Positions 12,401 to 25,900 of a stretch of 64,000 bases of DNA are shown here, one piece after another. The position numbers were made by a program, and so were the translations under genes. This stretch comes from Takakia lepidozioides (lineage: Eukaryota; Plantae; Bryophyta), in the NCBI GenBank assembly GCA_030704615.1, contig CM060731.1, forward strand, positions 10,416,001 through 10,480,000. Direction: 5' to 3'. How positions within the stretch are numbered: the first letter of the stretch is position 1; every line of letters starts with the position of its first letter. The notes under the pieces were generated by a model. That model saw only the letters and a program-made list of their open reading frames with translations. It had not been told where the DNA came from and did not search any database.

Positions 12401-15400
12401 CAACAGGATCATCTGTAAGAACCTAAACTAGTGCAAAATAGAGAGTGCAATCTTAACATTGTGCTGCCAACCACAAAGTCTCAGACCATCAACTGCATGA
12501 AGTGTGGCATTACAAGCTGCCACCACCTTCATCAGCTGGTGTAGATCACATATGATACTATGCTCAAATTCATGTGGATGCTATTTGCAAAACTATGAAC
12601 AATCATAAATGTCATCAAGAAATCCTTCGTTAGAAAGAAGGATCAGTGTCTTGAGAGAGATATAGTTACCGCAGCCAACGCATCTTGGAGCTTGGAGTCC
12701 AGGTCCTTCCCGCCTTCCACACATCCCCAAATGGAAGAACAAATTCAGAAGAGAGTATGCCCTTGGGAGTGGAGAGGAAGAGAAGTCTTCATCATACGGT
12801 GCTTGTTGCCATGGAATTAATGCCCAGCTTCAATGAGGTAGCAATGTTTATTTTGTGGCAGAGGGACAGACAAGAAGAACGAGGAAAGAAAAAAATCTTC
12901 ATTTTGTCCATGGGTGGCCTAAGGACCCAGAGGACAAAAACAAGAACAAGAACACCGAGATAAAACTTGTGAAACATGAGCAACATGTAAAAAACACCAT
13001 GGCGTGGTAAAGAATCAGACCGCGGGTCAAGGATTGTGCAAAGAAGTGTAAGGTACTCGCCCGAGAATTTGTTACCAGGTCTGCTTCCAGCTGTGCCTGC
13101 CACAATCAACAATGAATTTAGTAGAAGACTTGGGCACAGATTCACTGATTTCTCCCTCTCCATCTCCACAGGTGCGTGCTCATTACTTTGTCCTCATTAA
13201 TGTATCCTTGATCATCGTTCTTTGACTCCATTGTGATTGTCCCTGAAGCACTTCTCCCCTGGAACAGTCCCTCATAGACAATGTGACTGATTTAATTACC
13301 ACAATGAGTTGCTCCAAAGCAATTGAAGAGAGCTATAATATTTATTATAGCGCATTTGAGTGATATGGAAGACGCAACAAATTTCAACAATGTGGGAAAC
13401 TAGCTTTACCCAATCCCTTTTTGGACTGACACTTACTGAAGTAGATTTCAACCAGCTCAGGGAAAAAGCAATATACCTTGAGAGGAAGGAGGTGCTTTTG
13501 AATCTGGGTTTGAGCCAGTTGTATCATGTGGGTGATGCTTTGTGCTGTCTCACTGTTGCGTCTGTGGTATACTGCCCTCACTGCCTACAATACCCAGAGA
13601 GCGCGAGAGGGAAGATTAGAAACATATAATACTCTTGCTGTAGATGTTTCAGCACAAAATGGCTGAAGGATACAAAGTAAACTAGACAGCCTTTCATTCC
13701 CAGATAGCATTGCTGCTTAGGAACAAAGCCTGACTTTACTTCTTGCTTGTCAGGTGGTAAAAAATACCTGGAGCAATTCAGCAGCATGGCGCAGGCTACG
13801 AACTTGGTCCTTGCTTATGGGTTCCTGCTTATTCCCATTCAATAAAATAAAGTAAGAACCCACTCCTTTCATAAATCAGGTTATGATCGACCTTACCATG
13901 AAACATCCTACTCTTGCTATTATTCCATTAGACGCAGTCAACCCTTTGTAACGTTTCCGCCAAACAGTATACTCATCACAATGTATGGAAGTAGCGTGCC
14001 AAAAAAACTAGAAGAGAACTACTTGACATTGACAACCATAAGCTGTGCCTATGAATCCAAGGAAACAAGAGACAATTAACTGATTTTGAAAGATGATGTA
14101 GAATCTGAATGTAGAGACCTCATTCCAAGCCTTAAAACTCTCAAGCGTCTCCATGTGGAAAGAGAAAAGTAGATACAAGAAGAAAGTGGCGAGCCCGATT
14201 ACTTGTAAAGAAACATGGCAATCAATGGTGGCCCTCACAATATGACGAAGTCTGTTGGTAAGAAACACCCCCTGGCTCACACAGCATCACAGCACAATCA
14301 GGCCTTTTGCCAGATCTATTTGAAGTGAACTCACAGAATTAATCAGGTTTAACTAGTACATCACATAGATGCATTCTCCTGTCTTCCTTGCATGCTTCTC
14401 CTGGCACTCCAACTGACACTCGGCAAGTCAATCAGTATATACCTGAGCAAGCTGCTTCAGTCTGGTTCCCAGCACTGCATGAATGGCCAATTGCTGTACC
14501 TGCATAAGCAATTGAGGAGGAGAGGAGTTCCAGTGGAACTTCTCAATGTCAACATGGTACTCTAAGAAATTGTGACTAGCAAGGTGCAGTTCTTATTCCC
14601 TCTCTTTCAATAGCTCTACTCATTACTGTGTCCACTGGGACCTCAAGAGGTCATTGTAAAATTCTCTCTCAATTTTCCATCCTTTCTCGTCCATGACTGT
14701 AGAAATAGCCCTGTATCGTAGACTCTTACTCACAAATAAGCCATGGACAAACGTCATGAAATAAAACAGACAACAAGGATGAGAAACACCATGGCTACGC
14801 GAAAGAGGAACTCCTTACATTCCATTATTTAAAAAAAGAAAAAGAAAACAAAGAGACGCAATTTAATCCAGGGAACTGCACAAAAGAAAAAATTACCGTG
14901 GGAGATACTGTAGAGTCAAATGACACCAGCCAGTTCACTAACCCAGTCCGTAAAGTCTGGGAGCTCCTGAGGAGAGCACACCACAGACAAACCATCACTT
15001 TAGTCTCAAAGTCTAGCACTTCTAGCACTTCCAAACGCAACAGCTAACTGCAGACGTTTTGCGAGATAAAAGCTTAGTTTCAAGACCAATATAGGAAATT
15101 GAGATTTGCTGCACCTGAGACCGTTATAATAGGCACTAAACAAAACCACTCTATGCATACAATAACTGAAGACATAATTCCTCGAATGTGGCCTTATTTT
15201 TGGAGAGTAGCCCCTAAAGAGACTTGTCTTTAACATTTGAACATGCATTTGCTGGAAAGGTAAATGTAGAACTTACCCAACAAGAAATAGCCATTGGCCA
15301 ATGAAGTAGTAGCCATAGGACAATGCAGGCTACAACACATCAAACTCAACCAGTTAATTTTAGAGCACCTACCCTGTGAGAGCTTCATCAAGGCCTCCCA

Positions 15401-18400
15401 GGTAACTACTGTTGATTGCAGCAGCACCCTTTCGAGCTTCTTTAATCAATGACGATGTGAGAGCCCATGGGGGGAGGTGGACCCTGAGAAATTCCAAAGG
15501 AATCAGCCGGACACTGCAGAAGACGTGAAGTACCGGAGTGCGCTTCAACACTTCTGAAATGAACTTTGCAAGTCTCTTCTCTGGGCCCTCCGCTGCCGTG
15601 TCATACCATCCGTCCCCCGCATGTTATGCTCTGATCCACACAAAGAGACTGAATGCAAAGAGCATCAGGCACCACCAAGCTGCAGTGGCAACCAGTGAGC
15701 TAGGCTTCATACATACGAGGTCATTGTTCAGTTGAGATATAGCAGTGTATAACCTAAAGCACTCCCAGTCCTGCCAGGAAATACAGGATGTTGTATCACA
15801 TCTACTCAAAAACTTGGGATGTGAGTTCTCATGTTATTCATGTACTTCCAAGCTTGCAAGTTTGATCACTGGCACGCCACCGCCAATTTTGGACCCACAT
15901 ACTTGGAAAAAAAATCCAGCTCCCATACCTCCAAACGTTTTCCTCTAGCATAAATTATTGGCGATGAAAGTTGATGGCCAGACAACCCAGATTCAAGAAG
16001 TCACTTGCTACCCTCCCAAGCAAGAGTCTGCTGTCTAAAAAATAATAATCTTAAATTCTTTTGAAGTTTCTGCATCATATTACTACCAGAGCTCAAAGTT
16101 GGGGTTGCCCTGGGGTTGCGTGTCGCATCAGTGGCTTTTCAGTACCACTTTTCACATGCTGGACAGTTGTCCACTAGACACGATTTCTTTCGCAAAGGTT
16201 GGTGTTTGACTTGCCCTAAACCCTGAATGGAAAGATGTCCAGGGCATTTGGGTCCTCATCACTTTTTTTGCCAATGTGCAGAGTCTTTTGTTGCCATAGG
16301 GGTGATGGGGCATCTCTCACACTTTTCTCACAGCTCTAAGGTAAGGACCTTGTGAACCATCGGGCTGTTACCAGAAAGTTCTTTGCCAATTTGTCAAAGA
16401 AGTGCAACTTAGGAGGACATACCTGTCATCCAGGAGTGGAACACAAACATAGCGAGTAGGCCTGCTATCTTTTCCCGGTCATGAGGCCGCTCTTGCATTG
16501 AATCTGGATATACATCACTGAGTAGAGATTAAAAGTGTAGTGAACTGCACAGAGCTGACGAAAAATTCTGAACTACTTCAATTCTCAAAGAGGCTCCTAC
16601 TGCTCTGTCATTCACAGAATCTACTAGGCTCAACAAACTCCCAAATGAGGAATACAGTATGAAGCAGTGTACAGGTAAAGAAACAGTGGACACCCAGAAG
16701 AAAAAGAATTCATGATTCCCCGAGTGCATGTACAGATTTGATTGTTCAAAATACAGTGAAAGGTTAGTCAACTCCTTGTGCTTGCACTGTGATTGCAACA
16801 ACCATAGCTCATCTAGCAGGCTCTAGTCACAACCAGAAGGAGGGATTTGGCTCACCAAGACGAGAAAGTACTTGACCAAGGATATCACGCAGACAATACA
16901 AAACCTCATCAAGGAATTGCCTATTCGCCTTCAGTTTGACCATCTCTGAATGGGAAATGAAATCTTCTTGTACCGACCTCTGCATCAATGAACACTCCAC
17001 TTCCTCAAATTGACAAATGGGGTAAGCACTGCATGCAATTCATGCTTGCGAAGTGTCTTCATCAGTTGGAGTTTGACGATCAACCAGTGCCACGTTGGTT
17101 GAGCACTGAGTCATCATCTTCCCTAGTTCTTTCTGCAACATGGCTGTCTGCCATAAGACTGTATGTCAGCAGCTGCGCGTCCCACCCAACAACAAGGGTA
17201 CCCCTGGAAGTACTTGTAGGTCGCAACAAGTGTCACAACAAGTACTGCCAGAAGACACACCACACCAGGCAGGACCCCACACAACATTTGGACCAGTAGA
17301 GTAACCTGGATTCTGCCCCCAGGACCTGCCTACATATAGAAGGGAACGAGTACCTGAAAAAGGCCTTCAATCAACAAGTTGTCCATATCATTGACAGCGT
17401 GGTCCAGTTTCTCCACGTTCTCTGCTACCATTCCAAACCTTGTGGGCTCACTTCTTACTGAGTGTAGCATTCTGTGTGTCCATTTACAATCCGTAAAGAA
17501 TCATCAGTATCATTGACCCATGTGTGCTGATTAGTCCTACTTTCAATGGCACTCTTCACCCACCACCTGCACCCAAACCCCAAAAGCAGAAAGGGAAGGG
17601 GCATGATGTGACAAGTCTTTGCCCTATAGATTACAGTCAAGAACAATCATTGAGGACTAACAGCATGAGAGATACAGAGGGGAAGGAGTGGGAGTGAGGG
17701 GCACCGTGTGAAGAGGGACATGGAATGTCCAATGGCTGGATTTTGGGCAACGATTTGGTCAACAGTGACAAGTACGGCAAAGCCCTCTGCTAGGGACAAA
17801 AATGCTGTTTGCAGATGAACAGACGTAAACGACAGCTGATGCCCATCGTTTGTGTAGATGGCTCCCAGCTGCTGCACCAGGTTGACAAGGACGGCCCTCA
17901 AGTCATAGAGAAAATACAAAAGCTCCTGAAAAAATCCCAGTGATTTTGCAAATTTTTTTTGAAGCTCTCCCTCTGTCGGAGCCTCATCGCCAGTCAGGCA
18001 AAGTCCAAACACAAGCAAACCGGGGCAGAATTTCGTCAAAGCCTGCAAGATCCCTTCTCTACGATTAGGACAATCCAGCTGTTTATCCATTACCTCACAA
18101 AAACCTGTGCGTGAACTTACAGGCCAGATATAGTCGTCTGAAGGTCGCCGAAACGGACTAACGCAAACCCTGACTGCGGGGAGCAAAATGCACTCGAATA
18201 GGGAATTCGGCAGGAGTTCTTAACACGCACGTTGCAAATCCAGATAGAACCGTACCAGATGGTGCAGGCGATCCAGCTCAAGACAGTCGTAAGCCAAGAT
18301 GGTCATCAATTTATTAAACGTGACGTTGTCGGTTGCAATGAGGTCCAAAAGAGAGCCATCTTCACATGCATCTGTTGCAATATGCAAAGGGTCCTGATTT

Positions 18401-18887
18401 ATGTCCGCTATATCTCTGGATGCTACGCCCATCAGGCCATTGTCCGCCACAGCCTCCAAAGTCTCTGACACCTGACCCCGCCATTCGTCTACAAATCTGC
18501 GCAGATTCTCGTGCTGCTCCTCCACTATCAATCCTCCTCCTCCACATCCAACTATGCATCAGCCACTTGTCGCATTCACAGAGAACACATGCATCTCTCT
18601 CTCTCCCTCTCTAACTCGTAAAACTATGCCCTGCTCAGCTCATTCGCTTTGGGAAATCCTTTTTCTTCCAAGAAAAATCTCAGATGTCTGGGGGGATTCT
18701 TAAATCTAATGCTTACAGGGAATAGTATGAAATTCACGTCCAATTCTATGTTAGCTCACTTCCAACGCCATCTCCACTACAAGGCCATTTCTCAACACAA
18801 AGAGAAACGGATACACGGTTATCGATTGGATGACATACCAGAGGTTGAGAAGCTCACAGATGCCATGCCCGGAGCCACGCCGGCCAT
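6460..18887 (-). CDS. WASHC4: WASH complex subunit 4 (SWIP/KIAA1033, WASH-7 family), multi-exon
   Basis: Proposed first exon 18887-18839 ([16 protein letters not shown], donor GTATGT) splices to [15 protein letters not shown] at 18524. Conserved WASH-7 blocks: [121 protein letters not shown]. Last exon ends ...[15 protein letters not shown] at 6460. Not every internal exon boundary was verified. Confidence 0.9.
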
Positions 18888-19964
18888 GACCTAATCCATT
18901 GCCAAAAATCTCAGACTTGTAGAGAACAACACTCGATCCACGAAAACACACACACACACTCGGAAACAAGACGGCGACGGAAGGGCAGAGATGGAGGATC
19001 AGGCCGGGTCACCAAGGGGAAGACCGGGTCGCCCGGCCGGCCCCTCCCTGGTGTCATTACTCATACCATCCATTCGGATGTCCGTCTCTGTTACACGATT
19101 GGATGATTGTAGTTGTGTCTGCCCGACAATCCGTGTCGGGCACGGGGGACAAACTAAATATCTTGACGTGGCGTGTCATAACAGGCTTCGACGTTAGACG
19201 TGGGGTCGGGCAATATGGTGAGGACAGGTGGACAACCCAACCCGAGTTCCAACATTCCAACGTTCCCAACCCGGCGGGGAACGTCGGCCGTGCTACCTGC
19301 GACACGACACCCGCAGCTCTAGCTCGTCTCTCGAGACTTGAGAGATCGTTTGGAGGATCGCTGTGGTGTGTCTGCGGTGGACTGTGGGGGAGCTGAAGCT
19401 CGGAAATCTGAGGGAGTTGGGATTCTAGGGCTTTCGGTATCCATGGAAGCAGAAGTCACCAGTCCGGGTCTGCGACTGTGGATAAATCCGACGTGAACAC
19501 TGCCATTTCTATGATGGGATACTCAGCAGGTATGAGTTTAAATGTGATAGGTCGGCCTCTCGTTCGGAGGCTACAGAATGTAATCTGTGCATTTAAGATG
19601 TTTGTTAGATCAACCGTGTTCCAATGATAACTGGTTAATGGACTGAGCCTCTTGGAGCTGGTTTCCTTGAACCCTTCAGGAGAAATCCTTGCTCCTGTGG
19701 GCAGAATGATATTGTGACTGCTCTGCTGTGAAATGCCCAGATGTACGTGCCAGGCAGCTTCAGTTTTACCTCTTTTGCTCTGTGTGATGGAGGTGCGTAT
19801 GTGGTGATGACCTTCAGCTCGCCTGTTTGGGGCTGGGTCTCATGGATAATACTTGCAGGAGGGCACTTCCGTTCAGCTTCAAGTCCCCATAAGACCTGCA
19901 AGGGAGGTGTATTACATGGATAGGATTACGTAAGGAGTAGAAACAGAGAGGGTTAGAAACGGAG
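18888..19964. promoter_or_regulatory. Divergent (head-to-head) promoter and 5' UTR region shared by WASHC4 and the ethylene receptor
   Basis: Start codons are ~1.08 kb apart on opposite strands. GC/CpG-rich core ~18960-19400. A CAG|GTATGA donor near 19529 suggests a 5' UTR intron in the receptor gene. Confidence 0.55.
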
Positions 19965-22900
19965 ATGGAGGCGTGTAACTGTATTGACGCACAATGGCCC
20001 CCAGACGACCTACTAATGCGGTATCAATACATATCGGACTTCTTCATTGCGCTGGCGTACTTTTCGATCCCTCTGGAGTTGATCTACTTCGTCAAGAAAT
20101 CGTCAATCTTTCCCTATCGGTGGGTGGTGGTGCAGTTTGGTGCGTTCATTGTTCTCTGTGGAGCGACCCACCTTATCAGCCTTTGGACATTTGATCCCCA
20201 TACGCGAACTGTGGCAATTATGTTGACGATTGCCAAAGTCTTGACTGCTGTTGTTTCTTGTGCGACTGTCCTTATGCTTGTCCACATAATTCCGGACCTC
20301 CTTGGTGTAAAAACACGAGAGCTTTTCCTTAAGAAAAGGGCTGCTGAGCTAGATAGAGAGATGGGGCTGATTCGCACGCAGGAGGAGACTGGTCGCCACG
20401 TTCGAATGCTGACTCATGAAATTCGAAGCACTCTGGATCGCCACACTATACTGAATACTACCCTGGTTGAGTTGGGTAAGACACTTGCTCTTGAAGAGTG
20501 CACTTTGTGGATGCCCATGGAAAATGGGGAGGACCTAAAGCTTTCTCATGCCCTCCGGCAACCGGACCCTGTGCGCGTGCTGGTCCCAATTCATCATACC
20601 ACAATAAAACAGGTCTTTAGCAGTAACCGGGCAATGGTAATCTCACCCAATAGTCCAGTTTGTGTCACCAGGTCCCGAACAGGCAAATATGTGGTAGGGG
20701 ATGTTGTTGCTGTTCGAGTACCACTACTCCATCTCATCAATTTCCGCACTGGGGACTGGCCGGAGACCTCGAAGCCTCCCTATGCTCTCATGGTTCTTAT
20801 GCTGCCGTCTGACAGTGCACGCAGGTGGCATGTCCATGAACTGGAACTTGTGGAGGTTGTGGTGGATCAGGTAGGCTCTCTGGTTCTCTCTGACTGTTAT
20901 CTCTCTACCCTGTTTGTGTTTTCTCCTTCTCTTTTTTTCACTCTTATTACAGTCCTTGGGATTGTAGTTGATGATTCCCCAGGTAATTTCTGCTGTCAAT
21001 TCCTCTATTTTCTGGTGTAATATTCGGGTCTCGTACTTCTGCGCCGGAGATATTAGGGGATGTGCCCATTTCGACTCTGCTTCCCATAGTTGTGGACGTG
21101 CTTCTGCTTAGACTTATTAGATGTTGAGTACCCGAGGAAATTCAAGGATGTGGGAAGTGAGGAGACAAGTGCTAAGAGCAGGAGAGGAGAGAGAGAGAGA
21201 GAGAGAAAGAGAGATCGATCGATCGATCTTTTGAGTTTCCTTTGTTGCAGGTCCAATGCTACAGGATAGTGCATTATGCTGGTAAGTGTGGGTTCAGCTT
21301 TTCGATTTTTGATTAGCAAGCTAACATTTCTCATCTTTGTTGCAAACAGGTAGCTGTGGCACTCTCTCATGCAGCAATCCTGGAAGAGTCGATGCAGGCC
21401 CGGGATCTTCTAATGGAACAAAATGTTGCCCTGGACAATGCACGTGGGGAGGCTGAAACAGCTATACGTGCCCGCAATGACTTTTTGGCAGTCATGAACC
21501 ACGAGATGCGGGCCCCCATGCATGCCATCATTGCACTCTCTTCCCTTCTACAGGAAACAGAGTTGACTCCTGAACAGAGGTCCATGGTGGACACGGTTCG
21601 GAAAAGCAGCAACCTTTTAGCCACTTTGATTAATGATGTGTTGGACCTTTCTCGCCTGGAAGATGGGAGCTTGGAACTAGACATACGCACTTTTAATCTC
21701 CCAGCTGTTTTCAAAGAGGTACACTCCTCCAGTCTTTCTGGTAACCCTAGAAATGAAATGTAGGTTAAAGTTTGACTACGTGGGACAGTTCTCTGGTCTG
21801 ACCACTGTGTCCATTGGTGGTCTCGTAGATTACAAATGAGTCGCAAAGTCCGTCTTGTCATGCATGCTTTTGTCGGAGGTTGTGCAAGGGATGTTTGTAA
21901 TGGAAAGGGGATGAGAGAGGATAGAGCGTGTTGGGATCAACTATTTGGTTGTATAGATTGTAACATTGTCAAAAGTGGCTCTATTGCATGTGGAAGTGAT
22001 ATTGTCATCTTTCTGCAGGGTAAATATTCTTTCCCACTGGAATTACCGGAACCTAATGGAACTGTTAATGCTATCAAAAATAACCACAATTGTCTTGGTC
22101 AATTGTCTTGGTCAATTGTTTCATATGATCTTTTGTTGTGGTATTATCCTGCAGGTGCAAAATTTAGTGAAGCCAATAGCCTCAGTCAAGAAGCTTTCAG
22201 TCTCTCTCAGCCTGTCAAGAGATCTTCCGGAGTATGCAGTCGGGGATGACAAACGGTTGATGCAGACAGCCCTCAATGTTGTTGGCAATGCTGTTAAATT
22301 CACCAAGGAAGGCAGCGTAACTGTCAATGTTTGTTTAGAAAGACCGGAGTATCCCAGGGACCCTTGCATGCCTGATTTCCGGCCAGTTCAGGGTGAGCAA
22401 CACTGCTTCATCAGAGTCCAGGTGCATTCTCTCTTCCTTCATATTGTTACTCTACTGGGTCACTACTGGGACAGAGTCCTCCTATGACATGTCTACAGAA
22501 GGAATAAGGGATAAGCATATATATATATCTCTCTCTCTCGGTAAACCTGAACCCCACAAAAGGCTCTTGAGGGTTAGTTTCTCACGGGGTCGACGGCCGC
22601 AAGTCTATGGCAAGCCAATGTTTGCAGGGAACAGCATGAGTTTATTCTCTCTCTCTCTCTCTGTTCTGCCCAAACTGGGTGTGGGGTCTATGGCCGCAAG
22701 ACTACGGCAAACGTCTTATGAGTACATTGTCCCTTTCTCTCTCTCTCTCTCTCTCTCCATCTGTTCTGCTCAAACTGGGCACAGGGTCAATGGCCACAAG
22801 GCTACGGCAAGCAACGTCTTATGAGTACATTCTCTCTCTCTCCATCCATCCATCCAACGAAGTTAGGCATAAAATGTAACTGAACTCGTTTCCAGTTGTG

Positions 22901-25900
22901 ACATGGGTGAGGACCTTAAGGATGATCTGAAGGGCCTACCTACCCTCAGCTTTTGACTGAACTTCAAAGTCAGTGCGGTGAGTCTACGTTTGAACAAAAA
23001 ACGATGCAGAGAGGATAGGGAGATTGTCAATGCCTGATGTGCGGGTGGCCTGAAGACAAAATCCATTTCTGATACATTGTCCATTTTCTGATACAATGTT
23101 TGGGATATTCTCATGAGAGAGCAACCCTCTCCAGGACCATCAAGAACGTAGTCCTTGCACCTCTGTTCACCAACTTTGAAAATCTCAAAGCTGAGCCTAA
23201 AGCCCTGGGCCTGTTGGGGTCTAATCTGGAAGGCCTGACCTAATGGTTTATGTCAAGGTAAGTCCCACTACTGGAGTGAGCCCCTCACAAAGGTAGTGTC
23301 TGTTCCCTCTGTTTCCATCCAAACTGGGCGTGGGGCCTTCTGCGAAACCCTGGTGTGCAAACCCCACAAAAGTTCCAGGGAGGAATAATTTCCCGTGGGG
23401 TCGATGGCCGTAAGGCTATGGGAAGCCAACGTTCACGGGAATGGCATGAGTACATTCGCTCTCTCCCTCTCCCTCTCCCAGTTTCTGTACACTTCTGTCC
23501 CTCTCTTCGCAGGGAAGGAAAAAAGAAGGCAAACCCACTTATGTTTTTTTCCTGGGTGTCAAAAAGGCTTATGACACAGTGTGGAGAGATGGCCTATGGT
23601 TCCGCCTCTGGTCTTGTGGGATCAAGGGAAAGATGTGGAGAGTTGTCCACAATTTGTATGCTCATACCAAAAGCTGTGTCACTGTTAACGGACAGAAGTC
23701 CAACTTCTTTGACATAGACCAAGGTGTAGCTCAAGGATGTACTCTCTCCCCTCTGCTCTTCAATGTTTTCATCAATCAACTCCTCGAGGATGTGGAAAGT
23801 GAGGGATTTGGGTTAAGGGTGGGTGATACCACCATACCAGCCCTTATGTTTGCGGATGACTTCGCAGGCGTAGGGGAGACTCCAACCAATCTCCAGGAGT
23901 TGATTGATTGCGCGAAGAGATACTTTGATCTTTGGGGGCTAGAGGCTATTGTCAGCAAATGTGCAGTGGTAGCATTCAACGACAGAGGAGAGGGAGGAAG
24001 TGATCTTAAGTGGCAGTGGGGTAGCCAAGAGATCCTGGTCCTCCCTTCCTACACTTACCTGGGCGTTGAGTTTTCCTCCAATTGTAATTGGGATGCACAT
24101 ATCCGGAAAGTTGTTCAAACTGGCAAGGGCAAAGCTCTGGGGCTCACTAAATTTTTCCACTGCAGAGGGGTCAACTCTGAGGTTAAGAAAACCATGCTTT
24201 GTCGCGTTATTAGACCTGCCTTGGAGTACGGATCTGCTATATGGGTTGATAACTCCAACCAGGCTAAGTCTCTAGAATCCATTCAAGTGGGGGTGCTTAA
24301 GGAGTGTATGTCAGCATGCTCCAAAACAGCCAATGTGGCTGTTCGGGGTGAGTTTGGCATTCCATCCTTAAGCTCCCGACGAGATGAATTCAAGGTCAGA
24401 TGGTGGGGTCAGCTGCAACATATGCCCAACACCAGATATCCTAAGTTAATCGACTCTATATCTTGGAAACAGGACCGCCCTGTCAAACAGGCTAAGTCCT
24501 GGCAGAAGAGAGTAGAAGAGATTCTCAAGGACCTGGACCTGGATCCGCAAGTCTTGACCCTGCTGGATAAATCTGACTTAGAGGCTGTAGTGTCCAAAGC
24601 CATGTCTGTTGCCATGAGATTGTCTGATGAAAATGAAGTTAGGCAGAAAACTTCCCTGAACTTGTTTCCAGTCAGTGACATGGGGGAGGACATCTTGGAT
24701 GACCTCAAGGGTCTACCCACTCTCGGCACTAGACTGAAATTTAAACTCAGGGCAGGAAGCCTACCTTTGAATAGCAAACAGAAGCAGAGAGGAAAGGGAG
24801 AGTGCAATTGCCCGTCGTGTGGGCAATCTGAAGACAGTATTCATTTTCTGATACACTGTCCGGGGTTCTCTCACCAAAGAGACGCTCTCTTCAACTCTAT
24901 CAAGGGAATTGTGCCTGTACCCCTGTTTACCAACTTTGAAAGTCTCGAGGCTGAGCCAAAAGCCCAGGCCCTCCTGAGGCCTAGTTTTTGGGCAAATCAC
25001 ACACTGCAGATTGATGCTTGTGTGAAGGGATTTCTAGAGGATATCTGGAAAACCCGGATTAATTCTTTATATGAAGGTAAGTCTTACTACCAACGTCAGC
25101 CACTGACAGAGGTAGGTTCTGTTCCTTTTGTTCCCGCTCAAACTGGGCGCGGGGTCAATGGCCACAAGGCTACGGCAAACAACGTCTTATGAGTACACCC
25201 TCTCTTTGCATCCCAACCTTAGTTCTGCTGCTGCCCCTTACAGCAAGTCTTATTTGACTGGACAGGCATGTTATCAAATTGGCTGCCATGACACACGGGT
25301 CGTCATGATGTCTTCTGCTTTTGAGATGGATATATTTGGCCTGGTATGGTCAGAATGGTGGGTGTCTGTTTTTGACCTAGTGTTCCTTGAGCAGGTGCAT
25401 GACACAGGATTGGGTCTCAATCCACAAGACATTCCAAAGCTTTTCAACAAATTCGTGCAAGCTGATTCCACCACCACTAGGAACTACGGTGGGACAGGGC
25501 TTGGCCTCGCTATCTGTAAAAGGTATCCTCTTCTTCGCATTATGTAGAACAACATTCTCACTGGTCACATCCTATGGGTGGAGATGAAATGCAGAGGTAA
25601 GTGAGTGTTAAGTGAGTCGCTAATGCCTGGGTGTAACAAAAGAAACATTGGCTACAACTTTTCCTGCAGCGTCAGTTGTCCGTTGTTGGTGTTTGTAGCA
25701 TTTATTCATGTGTGAGGCCTATTACATCCATGTACTTGGACCCTACTTAGTTGGGTATATTCCTGGATTGTATTTCATTGGATGGCACAGGTTTGTTAAT
25801 CTGATGGCGGGTCATATTTGGATAGAGAGTGAGGGTTTGGGGACGGGGGCAGCCGTCACCTTCATTGTGAAGCTGGGTCTGCCAGCGCGTAATACAGAAA

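Noticed and set aside
6096-19400. Numerous short ORFs overlapping WASHC4
   Set aside because: They are antisense or intron read-through frames of the spliced WASHC4 gene.
25150-25200. Hammerhead or HDV-like ribozyme in the repeated LINE 3' motif (CTTATGAG, CAAAC..GTC)
   Set aside because: The core is not CTGANGA/GAAA, there is no room for stem I between GTC and TTATGAG, and I could not build an HDV nested pseudoknot.
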